From assembly GCA_951406725.2 (NCBI GenBank), contig OX597838.1:18104001-18168000 (forward strand): DNA of 64,000 nt, read 5' to 3'. Source of the stretch: Octopus vulgaris. Lineage: Eukaryota. The translations under genes and the position numbers were made by a program. Positions 40,578 through 54,954 of this stretch are shown here, piece after piece (the stretch's first letter is position 1; every line of letters begins with the position of its first letter). The notes beneath the pieces are model-generated. The model saw nothing but the letters and a program-made list of their open reading frames with translations. It ran no database searches and was not told where the DNA came from.

Positions 40578-41345
40578 ACGTTTGCTGGCATGGACTTTTA
40601 AGTCCTAATGACATCCGGAACCATTGAGTCGTACCGGAGCTGTGAGTAGTTGAAAATACAGAAATGAAAGACATGCAAACAATGCTATGCTGTAGTTGTG
40701 CTAGTTGGGAGTTGCTTCAGGGCTTCATTTCGTCCGTCCTTACGTTCTGAGTTCAAATTCTGCCCAGGTCGACTTTACCTTTCATCCTTTAGGGGTCGGT
40801 AAAATAAGTACCAGTTGAGTACTGGGGTCGATGTAACCGATTTACCCCCACCCCACCCGAACTTACTGGCCTTGTGCCAAAATTTGAAACCATTGTTATT
40901 ATTATTGTCTGTAAGGCGGCGACCAAGCGGAATCATTAGCACGCTGGACGAAATTCCGCCGAGGTCGGTTGTGCCTTTGTTCCTTTCGGAGTCGATACAT
41001 TAAGTACCAGTGAAAAACTGAGGTCGATGTAGTTGTCTATGCTGCTCCCTTACATTTTAGGCCTTGCGTATTTAGTAGAAAGGATTATTATTATTGTTAG
41101 TAGTAGTAATAGTGATACCCTTTTACTCTTTTACTTGTTTCAGCCATGCTGGAGCATCGCCTTTAGTCAAGCAAATTGACCCCAGAACTTATTCTTTGTA
41201 AGTCTAGTACTTATTCTATCGGTCTCTTTTGCCGAAACGCTAAGTTACGGGGGACGTAAACATACCAGCATCGGTTGTTAAGCGATGTTGGGGGACGAAC
41301 ACAGACACATACATACATACATACATACATACATACATACATACA

Positions 41346-41393
<48 letters not shown>

Positions 41394-41421
41394 CTTTATT
41401 TAAAGCAGCAGAAAATTCAAC

Positions 41422-41468
41422 AAAATCTGTTACTCTGAGTTTCTCGTTGCCGTTCATCAGACAGTTTT
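41422..41468 (-). ncRNA. Minimal type I hammerhead motif (left arm; reverse complement of 41486-41532)
   Basis: Exact reverse complement of the + strand motif. Confidence 0.65.
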
Positions 41469-41485
41469 TGTTAGCCATTCTAACA

Positions 41486-41532
41486 AAAACTGTCTGATGA
41501 ACGGCAACGAGAAACTCAGAGTAACAGATTTT
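41486..41532 (+). ncRNA. Minimal type I hammerhead motif (right arm of palindrome)
   Basis: AAAACUGU CUGAUGA A CG-GCAA-CG A GAAA CUC-A-GAG UA^ ACAGAUUUU. Stem I CUGU/ACAG, GNRA-capped stem II, near-palindromic stem III, GUA triplet. Confidence 0.68.
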
Positions 41533-41630
41533 GTTGATTTTTCTGCTGCTTAAAATAAAGCATATTACTCTACCACTGGTATTTGAGTACTCTTTTTTCC
41601 ACCTTGTTTCACATTTATGTGTTTACTCCG

Positions 41631-41680
<50 letters not shown>

Positions 41681-42016
41681 GACAGGCTTCTTTCAGTTTC
41701 CGTCTACCAAATCCACTCACAAGGCTTTGATCGGCCCGAGGCTATAGTAGAAGACATTTGCCCAATGTGCCACGCAGTGGGACTGAACCCGAAACCATGT
41801 GGTTCGCAAGCAAGCTACTTACTACACACCCACTCCTACGGTTGTGGTAGTGAGACTACTGTACCATATTCGTTAATTCCTCCGCTAAATCAGCTTTATT
41901 TACGTGGCGAGTTAGAAGTGTCAGCCGTTGCGACCATTTTACAACAACAACAACAACAACAACAACAAAAACTGCAGAGTCATGAAATTAAAACGCCCTT
42001 TTTATTTCTCTTCCAG

Positions 42017-42073
42017 CTCTTGTGGTTCGATTCTTGACCAAGCGTTTTATATGGGAGTACGATTCATCGCAGG
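42017..42073 (+). CDS. RERG: RERG-like Ras-family small GTPase, internal coding exon (57 bp; post-G1 helix and switch I)
   Basis: Acceptor tttatttctcttccag| and donor CAGG|gtaagt. Phase 1/1, reads (A)[18 protein letters not shown](E), against [20 protein letters not shown] recalled for vertebrate RERG. 57 bp matches the recalled RERG/RASL11/RASL12 exon size. Confidence 0.9.
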
Positions 42074-42717
42074 GTAAGTAAATGCAAATTTTTTTTTTTA
42101 TCCGAGAATTCCGAAACTATATAACGAGTTCAAATCATTGCCATTTTATATATATATTTTTTTATTATCCGAGTTCAAATCCTGTGAGTTCGTCAAGTCA
42201 AGGGGTTATGGTGTGATTCAACTATTTAGGTGTGCAGTTTCAATTGGACTACATCTGCATGGATTCGCTCTCTGATTTAGGATGGTTGTATCCAGTTGTG
42301 GACTGTAAACTTATCCATGGGCTTACATTTACTAAAGCTTCTAAAATGGCTTTTAATTAAATCCTTGGTTCCAACGAGATTTGCAGAATTACTCTTTTTT
42401 TTTCAGTTATGCAGAGGCCACACCTTCTACTACCATTCACATTATATATATTGAATATAAAGTGTTCAGCAATCCTACAGCTGATACGGTTGTTCAAAGA
42501 CTTTTGTACCAAAGACAAGATATAATTCGAAAGCTTTGTTTATCAATGTTCTGGAAGGAAGTGCTGGGATTCTAAGATCTTATTCTCAAGAGTGTTATGA
42601 ACCATTTTAGTGTTTCGAGTTGGTGCCAAGTTTCGGGTATATGGGGTTTAACCTTTGCAACATATACAATGACATTTGTATTTCAGGATCTATTCAGAGA
42701 GTATGTAAAGTGACTAG

Positions 42718-43149
42718 GGATCTTTTCGGTTTGAACGGCAGTTTTTAACATAATTTCTAGGTAACTAAAAAAATTTAAACTTCGTATACTGGTAGAATGT
42801 GTCTATAAAACATCTTTTTCTCTTGGCTTTATCGAGAAAATTCTATAGTTTGTGAGATACTTGTTGTTGTTTTCTTCAATTTCTGCAATTTCAACCAATC
42901 AGTGACGTCCATTGAGGTAAACAACATTCTGTGCCGTATGAATATGTCCCTCGTTTAAGAAACAGATTCGGTTTATTTACATTTGTGAAGAAAAAAAGAT
43001 ACCCTTCCCCCACCCCTAACCCTAACTAACCCTAACCCTAACCCTAAAATAGATTGAAATGCAATAGATCGATACTAGGGTTATAATTATGGGTGACAAT
43101 TTCATATGACACCACTAGAAAAAAACTGCCGTTCAAACCGAAAATATCC
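42718..43149. mobile_element. MITE with ~30-bp TIRs and 8-bp TSD (Merlin- or hAT-type), with internal (CCCTAA)n
   Basis: TIR GGAT(C/A)TTTTCGGTTTGAACGGCAGTTTTT. TSD GTGACTAG at 42710-42717 and 43150-43157. Confidence 0.9.
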
Positions 43150-43349
43150 GTGACTAGTCTCAGCAACTCATATAATTTGCTTCATGCCACTGGTACACCT
43201 AGAACCCACTTTAAGGTTATGCTTGTTGAGCAATTTCTTAAACCTGTGGCTAGTGTGGAAGTACATATCTGTTAAACTGAACATTGTTTTACCTATGTTA
43301 GGCTAATCATTCAGCAAGAAGTGGGGGCGCGTACTAAATGATATTACAG

Positions 43350-43398
<49 letters not shown>

Positions 43399-43908
43399 GA
43401 AATATGTTACGAAAAGAAAATATAAAATACACGCGGAAATGTAAGGGTAAAATATAAAAAATCAACGAAAATGCACATTGCAAATTTTTAAAAAAGGCTA
43501 TTTATGACAGGTAAAGACAAATACATACATTTAAAATTGACTGAGGTAGTAATACGAGTCATCAAAGACATTATTATGAGATGATTATAAGATGATTATA
43601 AAGTAAGAGAACAAAACGGACCATGGTTTACGCAAAGCTATTCATCGTTTGAACAACACCGGTTAATACACGGTGTCAGGTCTAATAGTTCCCGAGAAAA
43701 AAGATTATATATATATATATATGTATGTATAATAAATATTAGGGAATAAATCCAAATTTACAGGGAAAAAAATCAGATTTAGGATTAAATCCAATTTTAT
43801 AGTAAAATATTATATAATATTAATTAGAGACAAAACCACTATTTTGCAAAACAAACAAGGAAAGACTTAATCAATACATAAAATTTTAATAAAAAGTCAA
43901 AAAAACCG

Positions 43909-43952
43909 CCACTACAATTGTTTCATGTCCTCTAATGACAATCTTCAGGTGG
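43909..43952 (-). ncRNA. Minimal type I hammerhead ribozyme motif
   Basis: Minus strand: CCAC CUGAAGA U UGUC AUUAGAG GACA U GAAA CAAUUG UA^ GUGG. Perfect 4-bp stem I, palindromic stem III (ACAAUUGU), GUA triplet. U-U at the base of stem II. Confidence 0.72.
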
Positions 43953-43979
43953 ATTTCCGATTTCCAAATCAGTTTCAAT

Positions 43980-44037
<58 letters not shown>

Positions 44038-44676
44038 GGTCTGGGTGTAAGCTAATTTTATCCTTGGATACGTTCACGTCTAAGATGTCGCTATATCTAT
44101 CAAATCTCTGTCTCTCTCTCCCTTTCTTTCCTCACTCTTTTCTCTTCCTCTATGTGCACATATATATATGCAAATATGTGTACATTTACTCCCTCCCTCC
44201 TTCACTCACACACACACACACACACACAGTTAGTGTTATATGACACTTTAACAAGCTCCGGGAAGTATGTCTTATTTCCTGCTTCCTCGTATTAAATATA
44301 AACCTCACCCAGTCAATAATACTCCCCGTCTCTTTCTTCACAGCTACAGTTTGTCACTTAAAGCGCGTACAAACTCTCATCCAAAACACACTTCTTTTTT
44401 CCACCTACTCCAACTCCACCTCCTTTTCTCTCCACCCTTTTTTTTTTTTTTTTTTTTGTTGCCAACCAAAAATAAATCCAACACAAAAATAAACAAACAT
44501 ACTGCGGCGTGGGTGGGGTGGGGGGGAAAGAAACTAAATAAAATAAAAATAAAACAAAACAAAACATAAACATAAACAAGAATATCGTTTACCTACATAT
44601 TTCAACGATTCTGTTTGATGAAAACATCAGCTGGATCCATCCGTATGAACCACACGACGGCCACTTACTTCGTATA

Positions 44677-45545
<869 letters not shown>

Positions 45546-45698
45546 TGACACAACTGTTGCTAAAGACGCTACCCTGCTGTGGCCAGTATCAGTGATTAAC
45601 TAATTCTGTTTCTAATGATAGCTAACAGCTCATTTTGCATTTATAAATTTTTACTTGATCCTTTTCCATTGCATGTGTGTGCATATACGTATACATAG

Positions 45699-45764
<66 letters not shown>

Positions 45765-46169
45765 ACACACACACACAGTCACACACACACAGACACACAC
45801 ACACACACACACACGCGCGCACACAGAGACACACAAATACAAACACGTGTGTTCTTGAGTGAGGGCAATGTGTGTTCACAGGTTTTATTACACACGTTAT
45901 GTCTTACAAAGAAAATAAACGAACTCAGTGCCGTAGCAAAGGAAAATGTTTAACATTTTTGTTACGGTTCCAGCTTAAAACATTCCGTTATGCAAAGGTT
46001 CACCATAAATCCTTGGACGATTCTCAGACAAAGCAGTTGGCATACTGAATATTTCACAACTGGGTTTTATTAGCGTTTATGCTGTTTCCATTAAAATTAT
46101 TACGAGATTGTAACCTGCAGAAGAATTCCAGTTAATTTTTTCTTATATTTGGTGGCTCAGTCATACACG

Positions 46170-46367
46170 TTACTCTTTTACTCTTTTTACTTGTTCCAGT
46201 CATTTGACTGCGGCCATGCTCGAGCACCACCTTTAGTCGAGCAAATCGACCCTGGGACTTATTCTTTGTAAGCCCAGTACTTATTCTATCGGTCTCTTTT
46301 GTCGAACCGCTAAGTTACGGGGACGTAAACACCCCAGCATCGGTTGTCAAGCGATGCTGGTGGGGAA

Positions 46368-46408
<41 letters not shown>

Positions 46409-46612
46409 TTTACACACACACATACATGTATATATATACATATATACGACGGGCTTTTTTCAGTTTCCGTCTACCAAATCCACTCACAAGGCTTTGGTCG
46501 GCCCGAAGCTATAGTAGAAGGCACTTGCCCGAGGTGCCACGCAGTGGGACTGAACCCAGAACCATGTGGTTGGTAAGCAAGCCACTTACCACGCAGCCAC
46601 TCCTGCGGCTAT
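46170..46612 (-). mobile_element. SINE family 1
   Basis: Family consensus match. Confidence 0.9.
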
Positions 46613-47130
46613 AGGTAGTATTTATTTTTCCTAGAGATACTTAGTAATGAATATATTCAGGTTTGTTATTTAATGTGTTTGCTCTTTTGGCGAGGTTGCA
46701 GTATTGCAAATCGTGCTGTAACTAGAATATCTCACTGGCGCTCTGTAAAGACCATGATATTGGGAACATACCAAATCTAATATATTTTAAATGACTCGAC
46801 AATGCTATTACATTTGTTTTGTTTGTGTGTCTTGAAACTCCCATTCAACATTCCGATATATAATTCAAAAGGTTGTGCGCTAGTAAGAATCGGGAAAGTA
46901 GATCGATGAATTCGCGGTTCAGCTTTGTACAAATCAGTGAGGGAATGCAGCAATCAATTTTGTCCCTTGTAGTTACCTTCCCAATTATATAGGTGTTTGC
47001 TAAATTTCCACATGACTAGTAATATAGTATAGTAAAATACACGATATAAACATAGGTGTGCATTTCTTCAAATTCCTATATACATACATACATACATACA
47101 CAAGAAAACACACACACAAGTATGTATATG

Positions 47131-47217
<87 letters not shown>

Positions 47218-47330
47218 ATGTAGATATGTAGACATATGGATTCAGATGAATTAGGTACTTATGTTGAGGCACCAGAATTTAGTGCGGTATTATCCATACA
47301 GTTTCAAAATAAGGTGATTAAAATCAAATT

Positions 47331-47758
47331 AAGCAACAGGATATCCAGTGGTAATGCAGTACGATCGTTTTAATCTACTCCATTTAATTGAACAATGCAA
47401 CCATTACATCAGCTTAAATGCAGAGCAATCCACAGCTGTATAAATACATAGAATTAAATTAAATAAAAACAGATGGACACATTAGTATAATTTTACCTAA
47501 AACCTCCAAGACCGTTAGGAGATAGACAGCATCTTCTTTGTCTAAAGACAGCATGTTCTTTGTCTATCTCCTTACGTTCTTGGAGGTTTTAGGTAAAAGT
47601 ATACTAATGTGTCCATCTGTTTTAATTTAATTTGATTCTATGTATTTACGCAGCTCAAGATTGCTCTACATTTACATTGATGTAATGGCTACATTATTCA
47701 ATTAAATGGAGCCGCTTGAAACGATCGTACTGCATTACCTCTGGATATCCTGTTGCTT
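47331..47758. repeat. ~430-bp imperfect palindrome (~200-bp arms) abutting a PLE ORF remnant
   Basis: aagcaacaggatatccag...gagatagaca pairs with tgtctatctc...ctggatatcctgttgctt. The spacer overlaps two copies of agacagcat(c/g)ttctttgtcta. A relic GAAACGATCGTA is present. Confidence 0.85.
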
Positions 47759-48700
47759 ATTTTAATATATGTGTGTGTATTAAATATTTTATGGTACCTG
47801 CTATTTTTAGGAATTTTTTTTATCGCTATATAGGACAGTCTAGGGGTGTTGGAATGGATGGAGCAATATACCACAATGTGGTCCTAGAATTATTATTTGT
47901 TTTGGTATTTATAGGTTTTGTCCGGTTTTTAGTGTTAATGTGATTTGTGTTTCCGCGTTGTCTACTCTGGTGTGCGGGTCGCTTACTATCCCCACATTCC
48001 TTTATTTGTGTTCTGTGTGTGTGTGTGTCTATGGTGGTCTCCCTCACTGCTGATATACAGCGTAGTAAGGTGTCCGCTGTTGCTTCGGTTATTTCCTTTC
48101 GTATGCAGTTCATTCTCCTTCGAATCCTTGCTATCCTCTCCAGAGCTTTTCATTCTTTGGTTATGCCTTATGTTCTCATTCTTCTTTGCTTTTGCTTGTT
48201 TCTTTATCCTCATATGGGAGTTTAGTGGGATTTCATGCTTATTTTGTGGGTTATAATTAGGGTCGGGATAAGTTCCCTTGCAATATGTTTCTGGATTCAA
48301 ATTCCGTCGAGGTCGACTTTGCCTTTCATCCTTTCGGGGTCGATAAATTAAGTACCAGTTGCGTACTGGGGTCGATCTAATCGACTGGCTCCCTCCCTAA
48401 AAATTTCGGGCCTTGTGCCTAGAGTAGAAAGGAATATGTTTCTACCTTGTTTTGGTTTTCCTTGTTGAATACTAATTTTTCTTTTTACTCTGCTTTTTCT
48501 AGCGCTAAGTTTAACCTAAATACTTTCTTCGTTGGCAGATAGATTCGATATGCGGGTTGATATGTTTGCAACTATGGGTTTGGTCATGCACCTGGGGTGA
48601 TTACTACTTTTGTGAATGTACGCAAAATTGCGTTTGATCCTTTGGTCGATGACTGATGAGAATTTGGTGAACTTCTGTGTCTGTTTTCCGTTTGTTTGTG
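47757..48700 (-). pseudogene. Decayed Penelope-like element (RT thumb/linker), split by a SINE at ~48285-48435
   Basis: Minus strand reads YIHKSSNHPRCMTKPIVANISTRISNLSANEE and PKNSRYHKIFNTHT, against PLE motifs SNHPPSIIKNIP..I..R.S..SSNEE and FPKNHKLHKIFNRNT. Confidence 0.65.
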
Positions 48701-49476
48701 CATCTATTATATATATATTTTATCTTTCATTGGTTTTAGTCATTAAACTGCGGCCATGCTGGGGCACCGCTTTGAAGAATTTTAGTCAAACTTATCGACC
48801 CCAGTACTTATTTGTTTAAGCCTCGTATTTATTTTATCGATCTTTGTTCTATGGGCGATTGTCTTTAGTAGAAGTCAATCGCCCAAGGTTCCGAACCCGG
48901 AACAATGTGGTTGAGAAGCAAACGTTTTAACACACAGCTATGCCGGCGCCTATACATACACACACATGAACACACACACACAGACAGATACACACATACA
49001 CATATGTACGCATATACGCACACCTCTATGCTTGTGTGCATATATATGAATGCATGCACACACACACACACACTCACACACACACACGCACGCACAAACA
49101 CAAAGATAAAGCCCCTCCACACACACAAAGTTAAAACCACACGCACACACACAGGTATAGACACACACATATAAACGCATATACGCATACATATACGCAC
49201 ACACACACATGCACGCATATACGCATACGCATATACGCACAGAGATACAGACACACACATATGCATGTACACACACATATGCATGCACACACACATATGC
49301 ATGCACAGACACATATGCATGCACACACACAGAGGTATAGACACACACATAAACGCATATACGCACACGCATATACGCATACATATACGCACACACACAC
49401 ATGCACGCATATACGCATACGCATATACGCACAGAGATACAGACACACACATATGCATACACACACACATATGCAT

Positions 49477-49509
<33 letters not shown>

Positions 49510-49805
49510 TATTGATAGATATTGATAAAGATATAAGCAAATACGTATGCGTATGTGTATGTTTATTTTGTGCACATACACACACACACACATACGCACG
49601 CACACACACACACACATATATATGCATACATCTATATATGCCTGAGAGAGAGAGAGAGAGAGAGTCAGACACAGACAGACAGACAGACAGACAGGCAGGC
49701 AGGCACAACATTATAATGTTCTTTTAAAAACATACGCAACACAGACATCCTTGTTTTAAAATACTACTCTAGATAAGATTTTAATAGTTTACGTTTCTAT
49801 TTTTG

Positions 49806-50024
49806 TCTTCCTTCCTTACTTCCTTTCTTTCTTCCTTTCTTTCTCCCTTCCTTCCTTCCTTCCTTCCTTCCTTCCTTCCTTTCTTTCTTTCTTTCTTTCT
49901 TCCTTTCTTCCTTCCTTTCTTTCTTTCTTTCTTTCTTTCCTTCCTTTCTTTCTTTCTTTCTTTCTTTCTTCCTTTCTTACTTCCTTTTCTTTCTTTCTTT
50001 CTTTCTTTCTTCCTTCCTTCCTTC

Positions 50025-50057
<33 letters not shown>

Positions 50058-50204
50058 TTCCTTCCTTCCTTTCTTCCTTCCTTTCTTTCTTTCTTTCTTT
50101 CTCCCTTCCTTCCTTCCTTCCTTCCTTCCTTCCTTCCTTCCTTCCTTCCTTCCTTCCTTCCTTCCTTCCTTCCTTCCTTCCTTCCTTCCTTCCTTCCTTC
50201 CTTC

Positions 50205-50245
<41 letters not shown>
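49806..50245. repeat. (CTTT/CTTC)n polypyrimidine tract
   Basis: Direct inspection. Confidence 0.95.
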
Positions 50246-51611
50246 CCCCTCTCCCTCTCTGTCGTCCTGCCCCACTCTAATCTTTCTCTTTTCTTCTTTT
50301 TTTCTATCCGTCTCTTGTTTTACTTCCTATTATCCACTCTTTTTGCTTTCATTCTAATTTCGCGTTTCTCCGTTCTCTTACCCCACCCCCCACCCCACCC
50401 CCGTCCGTCCGTCTGTCTGTCTGTCTGTCTGTCTCTCCTTCTCTCTCTCTCTCTCCCCCTCTCTCTCTCTCTCTCATACACACATACACAACACATACAG
50501 ACACACACACACACACACACTCAACACACACCACATCTTTATCTCATTTTCCCCCACTCAGTCTCTCACTCTCACTCACACACATTCTCTCCCTCCCTCT
50601 CTCTCTCTCTCTCTCTCTGTCTCCCTATCTTTCTCTCACTCTGTCTCCCACTCTTTCTCTCTCTATCCCCCTCTCTTTCTCTCTCTCTCTGTCTCTGTCT
50701 CCCTCATTCTCTCCCTCCCTCTCTCTCTGTCTCCCTATCTTTCTCTCACTCTGTCTCCCACTCTTTCTCTCTCTATCCCCCTCTCTTTCTCTCCCTATCC
50801 CCCTCTCTTTCTATCTCTCTCACTCTGTCTCTGTCTCCCTCTCATTCTCTCTCTTTCCGACTCTCCTCGCATCCTTCATTTTCTTTTTTCTTCTTCTCCA
50901 TCTTTACATCTTCCTCTCTCTCTTCTACCCTTCGTCTCTACATTCCGTCCATCCCCTCTTCTTCCCCATGTTGCTTCGTCTCCCTTCCACCCTTCTCTAT
51001 CCATTTTCCCATCCACCCTTCCACCCGTTCATCTACCCGTCCAGCCAGACAACTTAGGGAACTACTTATCTTCTCCCTTCCATCTCTTCCTGTTCAGTCA
51101 AAGTGCGGCACACCCTCTATTCGAAATAGAAATTTCGTTTTTGGCGCCAGTAACCTCACTTCTTGCCCTCCACCCTTCCTCATCGCCCTTCTCCTTGTCC
51201 TGTTTTTCTTTTAATAAATTTTGGTAATCAACAACAACAACAAAAAAAAAATGCGCTTTTAATCACGAACTACTCCCACCTGATGTTGTCTTTGAAGGAA
51301 AAGCAGGAGAAGGATAAAACCACAGAAATATCTTAGGACATTTGGTCAGGCCAGATTCGCCCAAAACACAAGATAAAATTCTTACTAATTGAAATATATT
51401 CGTTGGCAGAATCGGTAGGAGCGGTCGGGCAAAATGCCATGGAGTACAGGCATAGCTGAGTCGTTAAAAACGTTCTCTTCACAACTACGTAGTTCCGGGT
51501 TCAGTATCAATGCATGGAACCTTGACGGACAAGTACCCCTTTAACATAGCCTTCATTTGATCAATGTGTTGTAAGTGGAAATGGGGGGAAGACAGACACT
51601 AAGCTGTACCG

Positions 51612-51613
<2 letters not shown>

Positions 51614-51657
<44 letters not shown>

Positions 51658-51772
51658 CATTACACACACACACACCACATGCATTATACACACACACACA
51701 CACACACCGCATGCATTATACACACCCACACACATCACATGCATTATACACACACACACACACCACATGCAT

Positions 51773-51808
<36 letters not shown>

Positions 51809-51990
51809 CATTATACACACACACACACACACACCACATGCATTATACACACACACGCGCACACACACACACACCACATGCATTATACACACACACCACA
51901 TGCATTATACACACACACACACACCACATGCATTAAACACACACACACAATACACACACACACACACACACACATGCACACACACATACT
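51614..51990. repeat. (CA)n tract punctuated by ~9-10 copies of CACATGCATTATAC
   Basis: Direct inspection. Confidence 0.85.
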
Positions 51991-52275
51991 TACATAATGT
52001 GTGGGAAGGTACCAAGAAAGGCGTAGAATAGATAAGCGTCGAACCAGTTCTTGAACTGGTTCTAATTCTTAAACCCATCATCCTAATCAAAGCCCTGTGA
52101 AAGCAGAGTTACTCTTATCGTTTATCCTTTATTTGTTTCAGTCGTTAGACTGCGGCCATGCTGGGGCAACGCCTTGAAGATGTTTTAGTCAAAAGAATCG
52201 AACCCAGTACTTTTACTTTTCTTTCTTTTTTTTAAAGAAACGCATAGATCGAGTAGGTATTAATAAAAGGATAAC

Positions 52276-52438
52276 AGGCACAGGAGTGGCCGTGTGGTAA
52301 GTAGCTTGCTTACCAACCACATGGCTCCGGGTTCAGTTCCACTGCGTGGCACCTTGGGCAAGTGTCTTTTTCCATAGCCCCGGGCCGACCAAAGCCTTGT
52401 GAGTGGATTTGGTAGACGAAAACTGAAAGAAGCCCGTC

Positions 52439-52488
<50 letters not shown>

Positions 52489-52730
52489 ATGTGTGTGTCT
52501 GTGTGTGTGTATGTGTTGTGTGTGTGTGTGTGTGTGTGTTTGTCTGTCTGTGTTTGACACCCCAACATCGCTTGACAACCGATGCTGGTGTGTTTACATC
52601 CCCGTAACTTAGAACGATAGAATAAGTATTAGACTTACAAAGAATGAGTCCTGGGGGCGATTTTCTCGACTATAGGCGGTGCTCCAGCATGGCCGCAGTC
52701 AAATGACTGAAGCAAGTAAAAGAGTGAAAG
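52276..52730 (+). mobile_element. SINE family 1
   Basis: Family consensus match. Confidence 0.9.
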
Positions 52731-53300
52731 TGTAAAGAGATAGACAAGTTATATAGCATCGAGGCATTTATAAAAAAATGTTACACATAAATATAATTAA
52801 CAAGGAAAAAAATGTAGTCAGTGAAAAGTCTATACAGCTGTTTCAAAAATTCGGTGACTGGTGCATAATGTGTACTATGCAGAAAGCTATGCATAATGAT
52901 GCTTGTTTTCCTTCTGATGAAAGGGTTCGCTGATCTGACACTTATAGATTGAATGGTTTTATGTATCATATTCATGTGTTAATATTAGATTTTGCTGTGC
53001 GTTATTGGAAGTACAACTGCGAAGTTACAAACAAGCATTATTATTTTTTTTTATATTCTACGTTTTATTATTTACATTTTTACTTTTGTGAGGTTTTCGT
53101 TCAGAGTTCATATCCCGTCAATAATTCTACATTTTATTCTCAAATTATAACATTTAACTATAAAAGAAAAATGAATATGAATATGCAGGATACATTACAA
53201 ACAGATGCACACACACACACATACATACATATATACATATGCATACACACATATACATACATACATACGCACATACATATGTACATGCATGCATGCATAG

Positions 53301-53335
<35 letters not shown>

Positions 53336-53694
53336 CTGACCCACACACATGCGAACAAACAAACAAATAAAAAGGAACGCAGTGTAAACAACGGACAGAG
53401 TCAAGACTATTGAAAAGGTTGCAAGATGCAACGAACATTTTAGGAAAATAAAAATAAGAAATAACTGAAAATTTTACCGGTGGGTGTGTTACATTATAAG
53501 GCACAAAAAGAAAATGACTCTCCCCAAGAAACAGGAAGAAAGGGTGAGAGAAAGTTGGGGCGAAAGAGTACAACAGAATATAAAGAAAAAGAAAAAACAA
53601 AATGTAAGATAAAAAAAGGAAAAGAAAGAAAAAAGGGGGATAAAGCAGCAGAAGATGGTGGGGGCAGGGCAATGAGTACACATCCTGGATAAAA

Positions 53695-54113
53695 TGTATT
53701 TCCTTACTGCCCACAAGGGGCTAAACATAGAGGGGGACAAACAAGAACAGACAAAGGGATTAAGTCGATTACATCGACCCCAGTGGGAAACTGGTACTTT
53801 ATTTATCGAACCCGAAAGGATGAAAGGCAAAGTCGACCTCGGCGGAATTTGAACTCAGAACGTAACGGCAGACGAAATACGTATTTCTTTATTACCCACA
53901 AGGGGCTAAACACAGAGGGGACAAACAAGGACAGACAAAGGGATTAAGTCGATTACATCGACCCCAGTGGGAAACTGGTACTTTATTTATCGACCCCGAA
54001 AGGATGAAAGGCAAAGTCGACCTCGGCGGAATTTGAACTCAGAACGTAACGACAGACGAAATACGGCTACGCATCTTCGCCCGGCGTGCTAACGTTTCTG
54101 CCAGCCCGCCGCC
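53695..54113 (-). mobile_element. SINE family 2 nested dimer
   Basis: Two consecutive family-2 bodies joined at gacgaaatac|gtatttcttt. Confidence 0.85.
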
Positions 54114-54599
54114 TAAAATGGTGTAGTCAGCCGCGCACCGCGGTGCTGACCACGATGGCGTTGCTGTGTAAAACGGCCCAGCAACACTCGCTGCAGCAGC
54201 CGCTCCAACTCGCGTGGCTCATTTCTCAGACAGGTCCTCCTTGTCTATATTTATATATCACAGAGAAGCTAGATATTCTCATCTCATCTGAGAATATCTT
54301 GAACATCAAGGAAGAGAGACTTCCTCTCCTGATTCCCACATGTTGCAATCTAAACTGCGGAATTTAAACCATGACACCATACCGGATAACTTAAGTTGTA
54401 TCCCATTTTTCCCCACACTCCCCTCCAGTCTTTTACGCTCTCTTCATAGCCATAACCACCTTATATTACCACTCTTAAGCGATCGTACTTAAATTCAAAG
54501 CATATGTATACCAAATACACATATATAACAAATATACACATTCACAAACGCACGAGCGTACGCACACACACACACACACATACACGCACGTACACATAC

Positions 54600-54850
54600 A
54601 CTCTTTCTCTTTTACTCTTTTACTTGTCTCAGTCATTTGACTGCGGCCATGCTGGAGCACCGCCTTTAGTCGAGCAACTCGACCCCGGGACTTATTCTTT
54701 TGTAAACCCAGTACTTATTCTATCGGTCTCTTTTGCCGAACCGCTAAGTGACGGGGAAGTAAACAGAACAGCATCGGTTGTCAAACAATGCTAGAGGGAC
54801 AAACACAGACACACAAACATATACATACACATACACACACACACACACAC

Positions 54851-54891
<41 letters not shown>

Positions 54892-54899
54892 TATATATG

Positions 54900-54954
<55 letters not shown>

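Larger units (their letters stand above)
41394..41560. repeat. Near-perfect 167-bp palindrome (81-bp arms, 5-nt loop CCATT), PLE-derived, inserted in a SINE (TA)n tract
   Basis: Arms are reverse-complementary with about 2 mismatches; centre at 41477. Confidence 0.9.
41120..41840 (-). mobile_element. SINE family 1 hosting the HHR palindrome
   Basis: Both SINE halves flank 41394-41633. Confidence 0.85.

Noticed and set aside
54125-54152. GC-rich palindrome GCACCGCGGTGC as a terminator or regulatory hairpin
   Set aside because: Isolated 12-bp palindrome with no supporting context.
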